A DNA stretch of 64,000 nt from Ignavibacteriota bacterium. GTDB lineage: Bacteria; Bacteroidota; Ignavibacteria; Palsa-1295. Shown here piece by piece: positions 29,132 through 39,509 of this stretch. The stretch lies in the NCBI GenBank assembly GCA_963787835.1, contig CAWBEI010000003.1, positions 96,001 to 160,000 of the forward strand, given 5' to 3'. The notes below the pieces were generated by a model. That model worked only from the letters and a program-made list of their open reading frames with translations. It had not been told where the DNA came from and searched no databases. Numbering within the stretch: the stretch's first letter is position 1; each line of letters opens with the position of its first letter. Both the position numbers and the translations under genes were made by a program.

Positions 29132-30511
29132 ATGTCAAAAGTAAAAACCCAATTCGTTTGCCAGTCCTGCGGCTATATTTCTCCTCGCTGGATCGGCAAA
29201 TGCTCCGAGTGCGGTTCGTGGAATAGTTTTGTCGAAGAATCTATCTCCGCTTCAACCGGCAGCGCAAAAGCATTGGGCGCTCGTGGATTTGAATCGAATA
29301 GCATGACAGCGCATCCCATTCGTCTCAGCGAAATAACCACCGAACAAGAAGGCCGCATCACCACTGGAATTGCCGAGTTCGATCGAGCTTTAGGCGGCGG
29401 CATCATGCCCGGTTCCATTGTACTCGTTGGTGGTGATCCGGGAATCGGAAAATCGACGTTGATGATGCAAGTTGTGCGTGGGCTCATGCCCGGTTCCAAC
29501 ACGCTTTATGTGTCCGGCGAAGAATCTGCTCGTCAACTTAAAAACCGTGCCGAACGGCTTGGGCTTGCTAATGATAATCTTTACGTGCTTGCCGAAACGA
29601 ATGTGGAAGCCGTGCTGGAAACCATTCGAAAAATGTCTCCCGATCTGATTATCGTCGATTCGATTCAAACGATGTACCGCCCGATGATCGAATCCGCGCC
29701 GGGGAGTGTATCCCAAGTGCGCGAATGCACTGCGCTTCTCATGCAAGCCGCAAAAATGACTGGCATCCCTGTTTTTGTTATCGGCCATGTCACGAAGGAA
29801 GGTATGATCGCCGGACCGAAAGTGCTGGAGCATATCGTCGATACCGTGCTGCAATTCGAAGGCGAGCGAACGCACACCTACCGCATCTTGCGCGCGGCAA
29901 AAAACCGGTATGGTTCGACGAACGAGATCGGCGTTTTTTCCATGACCTCGCAAGGATTGGAAGAAGTGCCAAACCCTTCGGAAGTATTTTTATCCGAACG
30001 CAGACAGAATGCAAGCGGATCGTCTGTAACGGCTGTGCTTGAAGGAACCCGGCCAGTGCTCATCGAAATTCAGGCGCTGGTAACGAATTCAAGTTACAGT
30101 ACGCCACAAAGGAATGTCACTGGTTACGACACCCGCCGAATCGCCATGCTCCTCGCTGTGCTCGAAAAACAATTAGGTGCGCGGCTCGGACACAGCGACA
30201 TATTCATCAATATCGCCGGGGGACTTTTCATCGACGAACCTGCCGCCGATCTTGCTATTGCGATGGCGGTACTTTCCAATCAGCTCGATCTGGCTATCGA
30301 TCCGCTTGCATGTCTTATTGGTGAGATCGGATTGGGTGGTGAAGTGCGTGCTGTGCCACAAGGGGAGCTGCGTGTTGCCGAAGCTATTAAGCTTGGATTT
30401 CAACATATCATTCTTCCAAGGGCAAATATGAAATCCATGCCGAAAGTGAGTGATAAAATCTCACTTCGTCCTGTAGCACATTTGTCAGAAGTAAAAACAC
30501 TTGTGCTATGA
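29132..30511 (+). CDS. radA: DNA repair protein RadA/Sms
   Basis: CxxC-CxxC zinc finger, GDPGIGKST, KNRYG, GEIGLGGEVR. Confidence 0.97.
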   Translation: MSKVKTQFVCQSCGYISPRWIGKCSECGSWNSFVEESISASTGSAKALGARGFESNSMTAHPIRLSEITTEQEGRITTGIAEFDRALGGGIMPGSIVLVGGDPGIGKSTLMMQVVRGLMPGSNTLYVSGEESARQLKNRAERLGLANDNLYVLAETNVEAVLETIRKMSPDLIIVDSIQTMYRPMIESAPGSVSQVRECTALLMQAAKMTGIPVFVIGHVTKEGMIAGPKVLEHIVDTVLQFEGERTHTYRILRAAKNRYGSTNEIGVFSMTSQGLEEVPNPSEVFLSERRQNASGSSVTAVLEGTRPVLIEIQALVTNSSYSTPQRNVTGYDTRRIAMLLAVLEKQLGARLGHSDIFINIAGGLFIDEPAADLAIAMAVLSNQLDLAIDPLACLIGEIGLGGEVRAVPQGELRVAEAIKLGFQHIILPRANMKSMPKVSDKISLRPVAHLSEVKTLVL

Positions 30512-30526
30512 AAAAACTTTTTTTAC

Positions 30527-30654
30527 TGTCATTGCGAGGAGAGCATTCGCAACGAAGTGGAGAATGCTCGACAAAGCAATCTCTCGGTTACGAGGAAGAG
30601 ATTGCTTCGTCGAATCGAACTCCCTCCGGTCGTTCGATTCTCCTCGCAATGACA
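30527..30654. repeat. Palindromic intergenic element (TGTCATTGCGAG...CTCGCAATGACA type; REP/MITE-like)
   Basis: 16-bp terminal inverted repeat TGTCATTGCGAGGAGA; internal AAGCAATCTCT/AGAGATTGCTT pair. Confidence 0.85.
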
Positions 30655-30673
30655 TCCTATACATTTTGATATA

Positions 30674-31273
30674 ATGAAACTCGTCCTCGCAACCCATAAT
30701 CGCCATAAGTGCGAAGAACTTCGCAAAATTCTTCACGCCGAACTTGGGAATTCCATCGAAGTGCTAACGCTCGATGATATTCACCCTCCCATTGGCGACA
30801 TCGAAGAAACCGGCACAACACTTGAGGAAAATGCGCTGATAAAAGCTCGCGCCGTTCATGAAATAACAAAGCTCCCGACGGTTGCCGACGATACCGGACT
30901 CGAAAGCGCGGCTCTGAATGGCGCACCGGGAGTCTATAGCGCACGCTATTCCGGTGAAAATGCAACCTATGCAAGCAATGTGAGCAAACTACTTGTAGAA
31001 ATGATTGGAAAAGAAGATCGAAGCGCAACATTCTCAACCGTCATTGCCTATATAGACGAACAAAATGATGCACATTTATTTCGAGGTGAAATTGATGGCG
31101 TAATTGCAACCGAACCTCGCGGCACCAATGGATTTGGATATGACCCGATCTTTATTCCAACAGAGAATACATCCCAAAAATCATTTGCAGAAATGGCCGA
31201 TGAGGAAAAGAATGCCATCAGTCACCGCGGACGCGCATTACGAGCGTTTATCCAATTTCTTCGAACCCCGTAA
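30674..31273 (+). CDS. rdgB: Non-canonical purine NTP pyrophosphatase (RdgB/HAM1)
   Basis: ATHNRHK, DDTGL, PGVYSARY, GFGYDPIF, KNAISHR. Confidence 0.96.
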   Translation: MKLVLATHNRHKCEELRKILHAELGNSIEVLTLDDIHPPIGDIEETGTTLEENALIKARAVHEITKLPTVADDTGLESAALNGAPGVYSARYSGENATYASNVSKLLVEMIGKEDRSATFSTVIAYIDEQNDAHLFRGEIDGVIATEPRGTNGFGYDPIFIPTENTSQKSFAEMADEEKNAISHRGRALRAFIQFLRTP

Positions 31274-31274
31274 C

Positions 31275-31384
31275 GTGTAGGACAGGCTTTCAGCCTGTCC
31301 CCGGGCTTCCAAGCCCGAATGAATTCCATTCTAACGGTCCGACGGGCTAAAAGCCCGGAAACAGACTAAAAGTCTGTTCAACAC
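31275..31384. repeat. GTAG-type REP doublet (REPIN-like) between convergent genes
   Basis: GTAGGACAGGCTTTCAGCCTGTCC with inverted partner ACAGACTAAAAGTCTGTTCAACAC, plus an inner CGGGCT...AGCCCG pair. Confidence 0.78.
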
Positions 31385-31387
31385 AAG

Positions 31388-32134
31388 CTACTTTGCTTCC
31401 GAAAATTTTTTCTCGAACAACTCATTGACATCCCGCAGCTCGGGTTTTCGGGAACACAGCAGATCGACCTGGAACTTGTATGCTTCATCGTCCATTGCGC
31501 CGAGGCGATGCAACGCAACGATCGTCATCATGCCGAGCGCATCGTTTGGATGCCGGTCGAACGTGTTCTGAAGCAACTCGATGGCCTTTTGTTTCTGCTT
31601 TGGGTCGGAGGCGGCAATTTGTGCCATTCCGAACGAGGCATCGATCGCGTAGGCGTATGGCGCATAGCCGGAAAGACGGTAATACTCGATATCCCACAGC
31701 GTGCCGACGGAATCCATGGTGTGAACGATCTCGTCGTAGGCCCTCATCGCATCGGCGTTATTTTTCAATCCGCGCTCGAACTCTGCATAAGCCACGAGAA
31801 TGGATTCTTTCGAGGACTTAAACCGAAAGAGTGGCAATGCCTTTCTAAATAGTGAATCCGCGCTATGTGACCGCCCTTTTTGTACCTCGATGAGCGCCTC
31901 GCAGCCATACGCAATAGCCAGCGCGTCCTGATCTTTGCGGACTTCCGGATCGCGAGCAGTAACATCCCAGTTATGTAAAACATCATCGAGCGTTACTGTG
32001 CTATCCTGCAACTTGCTTTGATACGCTACCGCCGCCTGAACGATGGACCTGCCTTTCGATGCCTTAGGCTGCGAGTGCGCAACGCATGGAAGAATAACGG
32101 CACAAAAAAATAGGATGCAAAATATTTTCCTCAT
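31388..32134 (-). CDS. Exported helical-repeat (TPR-like) hypothetical protein
   Basis: Signal MRKIFCILFFCAVILPCVAHSQ from 32134; helical A-x-x-F/Y repeats. Confidence 0.65.
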   Translation of the reverse strand: MRKIFCILFFCAVILPCVAHSQPKASKGRSIVQAAVAYQSKLQDSTVTLDDVLHNWDVTARDPEVRKDQDALAIAYGCEALIEVQKGRSHSADSLFRKALPLFRFKSSKESILVAYAEFERGLKNNADAMRAYDEIVHTMDSVGTLWDIEYYRLSGYAPYAYAIDASFGMAQIAASDPKQKQKAIELLQNTFDRHPNDALGMMTIVALHRLGAMDDEAYKFQVDLLCSRKPELRDVNELFEKKFSEAK

Positions 32135-32186
32135 TACTCTAAGGAGGTTTTTGAGACAAACTTTAGTTCGCCGATACTGACCTATA

Positions 32187-32924
32187 TCAAAATTGCCAAA
32201 CCGCACCGACGGTAACGCGAATATCCCCAGACTTAACACCAGAGGGATCGATGGGATCCGGAAAAGGATTTCCATTCGTTGTAACTCGCGTTGGGCTTGA
32301 TTTATAAATGTCAGAGAGTCCCACCGCGTATCCAGCCTCAAACGATAGGATCGGTCCATTATATATTTCGTCCTGGATCCCAAGTGCGCCGTAAATGGAG
32401 AGGTCGGTTGACTGAAGATAGGATTTAAGGTTACCTACCGGCGCGAGCGAACCACTCGCAGCTTCGGAAGATTGAAGCAGTGAGCCGATCGAAGGTCCGG
32501 CGCAAAGGTAGGGGCGAATCTCCCCGCGACCAAGGGAATATTTGAGCAAGATCGGGATCTCCACATAGCTCATGCTGAAATTATCATTCCCGGAATAGAT
32601 CACGTCACCGACCTGACGATTCTTTGCTGCGTTCGCATACTGTTCATCCACACCCTTCAGATCATAGAGCACGTCAGCGCATATCGCCCAGGAATTATCA
32701 AACCAATGCTCAAATGTGATCCCCCCGATGACACCCGTCATCATACTCGTGGAAGAATTATCCGGCAGCGTACTAAATGATTCATTCGCAAAGTTCGCAC
32801 CAGCACTAACCCCGATCCACGACGTCCCGCCGAGCGATCGGATCGAGAATTGTGCGACAGCGTCAGAAGAAAGCATGACAAGGACACAAAGAATAAGGAT
32901 AGATTTCATTACATTCGATTTCAA
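32187..32924 (-). CDS. Outer-membrane beta-barrel protein (porin family/PorT-like)
   Basis: Signal; GVSAGAN, YVEIPILLKY, GPSIG; terminal WQF. Confidence 0.82.
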   Translation of the reverse strand: MKSNVMKSILILCVLVMLSSDAVAQFSIRSLGGTSWIGVSAGANFANESFSTLPDNSSTSMMTGVIGGITFEHWFDNSWAICADVLYDLKGVDEQYANAAKNRQVGDVIYSGNDNFSMSYVEIPILLKYSLGRGEIRPYLCAGPSIGSLLQSSEAASGSLAPVGNLKSYLQSTDLSIYGALGIQDEIYNGPILSFEAGYAVGLSDIYKSSPTRVTTNGNPFPDPIDPSGVKSGDIRVTVGAVWQF

Positions 32925-32989
32925 TGGTTACAAATATAAGCAATTTCTGAAATAATGCGAGAATACCGAGCCTTCCAATAACCGATCCC

Positions 32990-35094
32990 TCAAAAAGTCC
33001 ATTGCGCAGTTAATTGACTCTCAAGCTGTGGCGTTCTGGTAATAGCTGGAACATCGAAGGTCTGGTCTTTAATTACGGAATACCACACCGACCCGTTGAG
33101 CATGGGTCCCAAACCACCCCATCTTGATAGCGATATAATCAGAATAGGCCCAACGCGTACCTGTTGCTCTAATTGCTCAAAGACAGGTCCGGTCGCTAGC
33201 GAAACAGTGTTCTCTCCTTCGCGGCTTAGGAAAAATCCGCGTGCTCCCGCTTGAACTCTCCACGGTGCCCTGCCGCCAGCCGAAGCCAGGCCCAGCAGCA
33301 GCGATCCGGAAAGTTCGGTGATTCGCGTATCCAACACTTCGCTGAATGCCGGCTGATCGTAGCTGCCTTGTTCCGTTACACGGAGCGTAGCATCTTCTTC
33401 CACTGTAAAGGGCCCAACGGCGCCGGAGAGATTCCCAGTAACGGGCGCTACAACGGAATCCGAAAGTGTAAGCCCGCGCAGCACATAATTCCCAACACCC
33501 GCTAAGGCCGGAACGGAATCCAAAAAATCGAGCACGGTATAGTTCGCGAACACTTCTCCGCTTACCTGAGCGAGTACCGCCTGAGTGTAATATTGTGCGT
33601 TGGTCGTAAGCTCGAGCGATTGTGTGACATTATTTTGAGCGCTTCTGTCACTGAGCAGATATACCAAATGCGTTCGCGCGGCGCGCAGGGATATCCAGGC
33701 ACGCAGGTCATCCGAAAAAATGCGATCGTAACGAGCGTCAGCGCTTGTGACAAGCTCATCGTGGTCATCATCATTCAGCGGACTTGGGGTGTCATAGTTG
33801 AGCAAATTGGCATTGGTCTCGATCTGAAAACGCTCATGCGCATTGGGACGGTATTGCACGGTTGCGCCTGCCTGAGTTATTCGTTGCTCAAAGCTCGATT
33901 CATTCAAAATATCAGCGAATTTCGAGATGGTTGCCGGATCAATTCCCGAAAGCTCGCTGCCAAGCAGTTGCACATTCTCTGTTTTCTGGTCATAGCTCAT
34001 TCGCCCCTGTGCCGACCACTCATTCGAAGCAGCGAGATCGAGCCTGCCACCGATGAGCGTCCGAAGCACCGTTACTTCATTCGGGACCAGTAAACTCGAA
34101 AGCGCAGAAAAACTGCTTGAAGTGAGTTCACTGGACGAAATATCGCTCTGGCGTGTGATCGAACCAGGTTCGAGCACTGCATTCAGCGACGCACTGAGTG
34201 CATTGCCTACGATGGGGTAGTTTAGGGAATCTCGGAGGCTGAGCGAAAGCTCGGTACGTTCTTGCTTGATCGGAGCGGCACTTGAATCATTATTGTAAAA
34301 AAAATCCCGCCGGACCAGACCGGCATCGAGATAGACGTGATTGGAATCCAGCGTTCCAGCGCCTCCCACCGCGCTAACGGCCCCAAACGATGCGTGATCG
34401 CTGGAATATCGTTGGTCGCCGGCGCGGAAGAACCGCTCATCCACGCTGGCACCGGCAGCGATCGCAGTATTGTCAGATACAAGTTCCGATGGTGCATAAA
34501 ATACGCCCCGAACCGTTGGCCCGACTGCAGTGCCGACACCGGATTGAGATTCTACCGCTACCCCTGCCGCTGCTTCAAAGTCTAGATCAGAACCCGATGG
34601 TAAGACACGAAGTCCCGCCACGCCGAACCCATCGGACGCGCTGGGAACCAACGATGCCGCCGAAAAACCCGAAAGCCGCTGGTTGCATACGAACTTCCAC
34701 AGATCAGAATCATCGGGCGCAGTGAACCGCCATTCAACGGGGCATCGGCATAGAGCGAGTCGATCGTGGAGGTCGTTCGGATCGAATTATCCTGCAACAA
34801 TCTCGAAGCTCCCTCCAAGTGAATGGTATCGATTCCCACGCTATTGGATCTCGCAAATGCGGGCGATACCGGCGAACCATACTCGAATCGGCCGTGAGAT
34901 TCATAGATAGAGAGAAGATGATCGAAAGAAAAATACGCTCCGTTAGGAATATTCCATATCGGCATCATGGAAGAATCCGGGCGGATCGCGAAATGGGCCG
35001 TATCGATCAACCCCTGAGCGTCAGCGTTCGGGAGCGAAAACGCACCTAAGCACAAGACCATTAGTAGCAACGAATAGAGAGCACCGCGAACCAT
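32990..35094 (-). pseudogene. Putative large outer-membrane beta-barrel protein, frameshifted near 34673
   Basis: Signal-bearing ORF joins the 553-aa ORF (ends AQWTF) if one T is added to a T run (YATSGFSGFSAASLVPS); possibly a sequencing error. Confidence 0.62.
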
Positions 35095-35181
35095 TCCCTG
35101 CAAAAATACCCATCCAACGACCCCTGTCCGGTAATTTTGATGGATTTCATTTGCCACTTCTGCGTGTTAACGCTTTCCACT

Positions 35182-36138
35182 ATGCGATCAGATATGCTTT
35201 CACGAGAAATCGAAGCCCCCGCGAATGACTGGATTTCCGGCAGTGAGGACTCTGAGTTGCGCTCCCTGTTTTCCCTCCTGGACGACCCGGACGAGCGCAT
35301 CGCACAAGCCGTAACCGACCGAATTCTCCAGCGTGGAAGCGAGGCCATTGCGCCGCTTGCTATCTTTGCCGAGCGCGCCGATAGCACCCTTGCCAGAACG
35401 CGCGCCGAGCGAATTACGGCCGAATTCAGCGCCGGTTACCTTACCCGTGAATTTGAAACCCTTGCCATACAGTTCGCCGAAGGTAATCGGGTAGCATTCG
35501 AAAATGGGCTGCTCCTCATCGCTCGGTTTGGTAACCCACTCTTAAAGGTCGATCATATTCGCAGAGAGCTTGATGGGTTCGCCCAATTGCTCAATTACAG
35601 ATTAGCACGGGTTTCATCCGCGCTTGAGATCCTGGATGAGGTCAATCAATTCTTTTTCGAGGACCTGCGCTTCCGGGGAAACCAGACAAAATTCTTAGAG
35701 CCGGAGAACAGCTATATCGACCGCGTCATCGAGCGGCGCACGGGAATACCGATCTCGCTTGCGGCGGTCTATTTGTTGATCGTTCGCACGCGGCTGGGGT
35801 TACCGTTCTCCGGCGCAAGCGCACCGGGGCATTTCCTTGTCCGCTATGATGGCTTGCGCGGCGAACCGCTGTTCATCGATGCCTTCAATGGCGGCGTCAT
35901 CCTGCGCGAGCGGGACATCAAGCATTATCTCGAAGCCTCCGGCCTTCCCTTCCACAAACAATTTTTGGATCCAGCGCCTCCCAGAGCCATCTTGCTCCGG
36001 ATGCTTCGCAACCTTATCATCGTCTTTAGCGAGCAAGGCAACGCTCCGGCGCGGACAGCCATCGAACGTTTTATGCATGTCCTTGCGCCAAATTCGAGTG
36101 AAGCGCAGGAATTCCTGAGAGGCCTTGAAGAGCATTAA
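35182..36138 (+). CDS. Transglutaminase-like SirB1 family protein
   Basis: FRGN, ENSYIDRVIERRTGIPISL, PGHFLVR, FIDAFNGG, RMLRNL. Confidence 0.88.
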   Translation: MRSDMLSREIEAPANDWISGSEDSELRSLFSLLDDPDERIAQAVTDRILQRGSEAIAPLAIFAERADSTLARTRAERITAEFSAGYLTREFETLAIQFAEGNRVAFENGLLLIARFGNPLLKVDHIRRELDGFAQLLNYRLARVSSALEILDEVNQFFFEDLRFRGNQTKFLEPENSYIDRVIERRTGIPISLAAVYLLIVRTRLGLPFSGASAPGHFLVRYDGLRGEPLFIDAFNGGVILRERDIKHYLEASGLPFHKQFLDPAPPRAILLRMLRNLIIVFSEQGNAPARTAIERFMHVLAPNSSEAQEFLRGLEEH

Positions 36139-36192
36139 TAGTCGCACCCAGCGACGGAGAGAACAAGTGTTAATTACCCTAAACATTCCCGC

Positions 36193-37131
36193 GTGAGTCA
36201 TCCCAAGATCGTTTCCGGACGAAGCAATGTGAAATTCGCCGAGAATGTCGCCGCGACGCTCGGAGTCCCTCTGGCAAGTGTGCGTATTAAAAATTTCGCC
36301 GATGGCGAAATTTGGGTGAAGTACGATGAGAACATCCGTGGCGAGGATCTTTTTATCATCCAATCGACGATGCCGCCGGCGGATAATCTGTTCGAGCTTC
36401 TCATGCTGATCGATGCCGCCGTTCGCGCAAGCGCAAAGCGCATCACGGCCGTCATCCCCTACTTTGGCTATGCCCGTCAGGACCGCAAGGATCAGCCCCG
36501 TGTTGCGATCACGAGCAAACTTGTCGCCAACCTCATCACCACCGCCGGCGCGGACCGCGTGATCGCGATGGATCTTCACGCACCGCAGCTCCAGGGATTT
36601 TTCGATATTCCTGTCGATCATCTATATGCTTCGAACACGTTCGTAAAATATTTCAAGGAAGAAAAGATCAAGCAGATGATCGTGGCGTCGCCGGATGTCG
36701 GTGGAACGAAAATGGCGCGCTCCTATGCCAAACGGTTCGATTCCGATCTGATCGTCATCGATAAACGCCGCCCCGCGCCGAACGTGGCCGAAGTGATGAA
36801 CATTATCGGTAATCCGGCTGGAAAAAATGTTATTCTCATCGACGATCTCATCGATACAGGTGGCACGTTCACCAATGCAGCCGTTGCTTTAAAGGCAGCG
36901 GGAGCGAAAGCCATTTATGGCGCGTGTACCCATCCCGTACTCAGTGGAGATGCGATCAGGCGCATCGAGGAATCCCCGCTCGAATCATTGATCGTGGCCG
37001 ATACGATCCCGCTCAGGAGAAAGTCGCCCAAGATCAAAGTCAAATCCGTCTCGAAAGTATTTGCCGAAGCCATCAAGCGCACGCACGAGGACCGGTCTAT
37101 CTCCTCGCTGTTCGAGGTGGAGAAGGGGTAG
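36193..37131 (+). CDS. prs: Ribose-phosphate pyrophosphokinase
   Basis: FADGE, PYFGYARQDRK, DLHAPQLQGFFDIP, DDLIDTGGT. Confidence 0.97.
   Translation: MSHPKIVSGRSNVKFAENVAATLGVPLASVRIKNFADGEIWVKYDENIRGEDLFIIQSTMPPADNLFELLMLIDAAVRASAKRITAVIPYFGYARQDRKDQPRVAITSKLVANLITTAGADRVIAMDLHAPQLQGFFDIPVDHLYASNTFVKYFKEEKIKQMIVASPDVGGTKMARSYAKRFDSDLIVIDKRRPAPNVAEVMNIIGNPAGKNVILIDDLIDTGGTFTNAAVALKAAGAKAIYGACTHPVLSGDAIRRIEESPLESLIVADTIPLRRKSPKIKVKSVSKVFAEAIKRTHEDRSISSLFEVEKG
37055..37124 (+). repeat. 70-bp direct repeat, copy 1 (prs 3' end)
   Basis: 66/70 identical to 37761-37830. Confidence 0.9.
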
Positions 37132-37177
37132 TTGAGTGAGCATTAAGTCATAGCCGTTGTAGAAATAGAACGAAATA

Positions 37178-37498
37178 ATGACATTTGAACTCCGAGCTTA
37201 TGAATCGAAGATTGGCAAGAATTACTATCGCGAATGGGTTGAGAGTCTTGATGAAAGAACGGTCAACATCATAGACCGCCGTCTATTGCGACTGGAACTT
37301 GGCAATTTCGGCGATGTGAAGCCAATTGGCGATGGACTCTCAGAATTGCGAATTGACCTTGGCCCCGGATACCGCGTTTATTTCGGACGCCAGAACCGGG
37401 AAATTATTCTGCTATTATGTGGTTCTGATAAAAGCGGACAGGAGCGCGCAATCGCCAAAGCTAAGGAACTATGGGGCGAATACAGGGAGACAACATAA
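37178..37498 (+). CDS. RelE/ParE-family toxin (addiction module killer protein)
   Basis: GNFGDVKPIGDGLSELRIDLGPGYRVYF, LLCGSDKSGQ. Confidence 0.92.
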   Translation: MTFELRAYESKIGKNYYREWVESLDERTVNIIDRRLLRLELGNFGDVKPIGDGLSELRIDLGPGYRVYFGRQNREIILLLCGSDKSGQERAIAKAKELWGEYRETT

Positions 37499-37758
37499 TG
37501 CCTACAATCTCATTCGATGAAATATTGAAAGACCATCTGCAAGACCCCGAGCGGGTTGCGATATTCCTCAACGATGCCGTTGAGAGTGGCAATTCCGAGG
37601 AAATTGCACAGGCGATTGAAAAAGTCATGATGGTTCACGGCGATAGCGCAACCTGGAGCATGCTTTCGCTATACGTTCCAAAAATCCTGTCGCAACTCGA
37701 AAAATATGGCTTGAGCCTCGCATTCCGGCCAAGCTCCGCTGCCCTTCATTCACATTGA
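37498..37758 (+). CDS. Putative antitoxin (addiction module antidote-like; HTH degenerate)
   Basis: TAATG overlap with the toxin; LQDPERVAIFLNDAVE N-terminus typical of antidotes. Confidence 0.7.
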   Translation: MPTISFDEILKDHLQDPERVAIFLNDAVESGNSEEIAQAIEKVMMVHGDSATWSMLSLYVPKILSQLEKYGLSLAFRPSSAALHSH

Positions 37759-37760
37759 TG

Positions 37761-37830
37761 AAGTATTTGCCGAAGCCATCAAACGCACGCACGAGGATCG
37801 GTCTATCTCCTCACTGTTCGAGGTGTAGAA
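37761..37830 (+). repeat. 70-bp direct repeat, copy 2 (displaced prs 3' end)
   Basis: Encodes VFAEAIKRTHEDRSISSLFEV-stop. Confidence 0.9.
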
Positions 37831-37932
37831 TGAATGAGGTAGAGACCAGTTTTTATTAACCCAATAAGGATTCCTCAATAAGGATTCCTTAAATTTTTCT
37901 ATTAATGCAAAAAGTTAATGTGAAAGTTTAAG

Positions 37933-37962
37933 GAAAGCCCACTGTAGCTACAGTGGGCTTTC
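37933..37962. terminator. Perfect 30-bp palindrome, probable terminator of the island operon
   Basis: GAAAGCCCACTGTAG|CTACAGTGGGCTTTC between convergent units. Confidence 0.65.
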
Positions 37963-38033
37963 GGTGCCATTTAACACTAACTAGTAAATATGCTGGAAAG
38001 AGTATGAAATTGTATCGTGGATCTCATATTTCA

Positions 38034-38285
38034 TTAACCATGACCAAAAGTTCCGAAGTCGATCCAATTGTCATCATCACATCCTTCGCCCCAAACATTT
38101 CCGTGACAATCGTCGTAAAGTTCGAAAGTCTCAGGCCCTGATCCACCTGTACCGGACTGTGCCTTTACTGTCAATGTTCCTTTATAGTCGGTGATATCAT
38201 CTAGATTGGGAGCAACTGCGAAACAATTTGTAGACGAAATTATGAGAATTGCTACCCCACTTAAGAATAGTTGAATTGTTTTCAT
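38034..38285 (-). CDS. Small secreted acidic protein
   Basis: Signal MKTIQLFLSGVAILIISSTNCFA; Asp/Gly-rich mature part with 2 Cys; co-oriented in the operon. Confidence 0.6.
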   Translation of the reverse strand: MKTIQLFLSGVAILIISSTNCFAVAPNLDDITDYKGTLTVKAQSGTGGSGPETFELYDDCHGNVWGEGCDDDNWIDFGTFGHG

Positions 38286-38321
38286 TGGTTTTGATTGATT
38301 AACTTAATGTTACATTACTCT

Positions 38322-39413
38322 TCATTGGGATGATTTAATTTGGAATTTGCCCGAAGAGCTCATTCCTTCCGAAGAAACTCTAATGATGTAATTCCCATCC
38401 TTAAATCCAGCTGTGGGGACATCAAAAGCATTAATACCTGTTGAAATATCAACTTGCTTAGAGTATATTTCCCTACCAACAACATCAAATATTTGAATTA
38501 GACCAGCATCGGTAAAATTCGATGAAAAGGTCAAAGAAAGGCCACCTGTTATTTGTGTCATTGTCTTAAGACTTAGTGTACTCCCGTTTATGGGATTGCT
38601 AGAAGGATTCCCGACTTTTTTCAAGCCTGGATCATAAGGATAACCCTCCTGATAAGTAAAGATACCAACGAAATCTGGCTGAAATGTTGACGCATTATTA
38701 TTTGGGTTAATCCCGGTTTGCCCAGTATAGGTAGGATTTGAGCCTGACGGGAGACTATTCACTACTCGAATTGCGAGATAGACACTCTGACCTGTTCGGG
38801 GTGTTGGAACATCTGGAGTTATTAATGCAAGGCTATATGAAGGCGGATAATTCTGATAACGAAGTTGACTCGATGAATTCAAGTAGCACTTTGTGGTATC
38901 GCTAGACCATATAACCGAATCTGAGGCAACGAGTCTTAGTTCTGTAATAAATAGCACAGACGAAGTTGAGGAAAACACTGCCGACGATGGCGTGGCATTG
39001 AAACCCGCATAAGCACTTCGCCAAACTGAATCTCCTAATTGCAAAGTTGTTTGCGCTTGAGCAAGACCCCGTGTGGTTGTCATTTTAGAATAATTGTCAT
39101 AATTGACGAATCTACTAGCCCATATCGTATCATCGGTTCCAGATAAAGTAAATGGCTCAGTTTTTAGATAGTTGTTAGGAAATGCTCCTGAAGTATCCAT
39201 AGAGTAAGCAAGGAAGCTACGTGTTCCACCTTGGCTCCAAATAACTGGGCCATGAATATACTTAATAATTGTTCCGTCTGAGAATGTGTACCACATCTGC
39301 CTTACCTGGCTTGTGTCCGAGGAATTTGCACAGCAAATTGAGTTATCAAAGGCAATAATGTTTATGATGCAAGTGACAATTAGAAGAACATCTCGGCTGA
39401 TTCTTGATAGCAT
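38322..39413 (-). CDS. T9SS-secreted hypothetical protein
   Basis: Signal-like N-terminus; IFDVVGRE...GNYIIRV...GKFQIK CTD. Confidence 0.82.
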   Translation of the reverse strand: MLSRISRDVLLIVTCIINIIAFDNSICCANSSDTSQVRQMWYTFSDGTIIKYIHGPVIWSQGGTRSFLAYSMDTSGAFPNNYLKTEPFTLSGTDDTIWASRFVNYDNYSKMTTTRGLAQAQTTLQLGDSVWRSAYAGFNATPSSAVFSSTSSVLFITELRLVASDSVIWSSDTTKCYLNSSSQLRYQNYPPSYSLALITPDVPTPRTGQSVYLAIRVVNSLPSGSNPTYTGQTGINPNNNASTFQPDFVGIFTYQEGYPYDPGLKKVGNPSSNPINGSTLSLKTMTQITGGLSLTFSSNFTDAGLIQIFDVVGREIYSKQVDISTGINAFDVPTAGFKDGNYIIRVSSEGMSSSGKFQIKSSQ

Positions 39414-39509
39414 CTTGTATTTTAGTTTAAATTGTGAAAAGAGCGACTCATTACATTGTTGGATAGTGCTTTTTCATCTCCGCAATTCCGAACTTGAATT
39501 TGAATATTT

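Noticed and set aside
37862-37889. 14-bp tandem duplication CAATAAGGATTCCT x2 as a target-site duplication
   Set aside because: The copies are adjacent with no element between them; this may be simple slippage or an excision scar and cannot be interpreted.
37963-37972. GGTGCCATTT is the inverted match of 40548-40557, as if island B had terminal inverted repeats
   Set aside because: Only 10 bp, no counterpart seen at the far end of island A, and no target duplication; plausible by chance.
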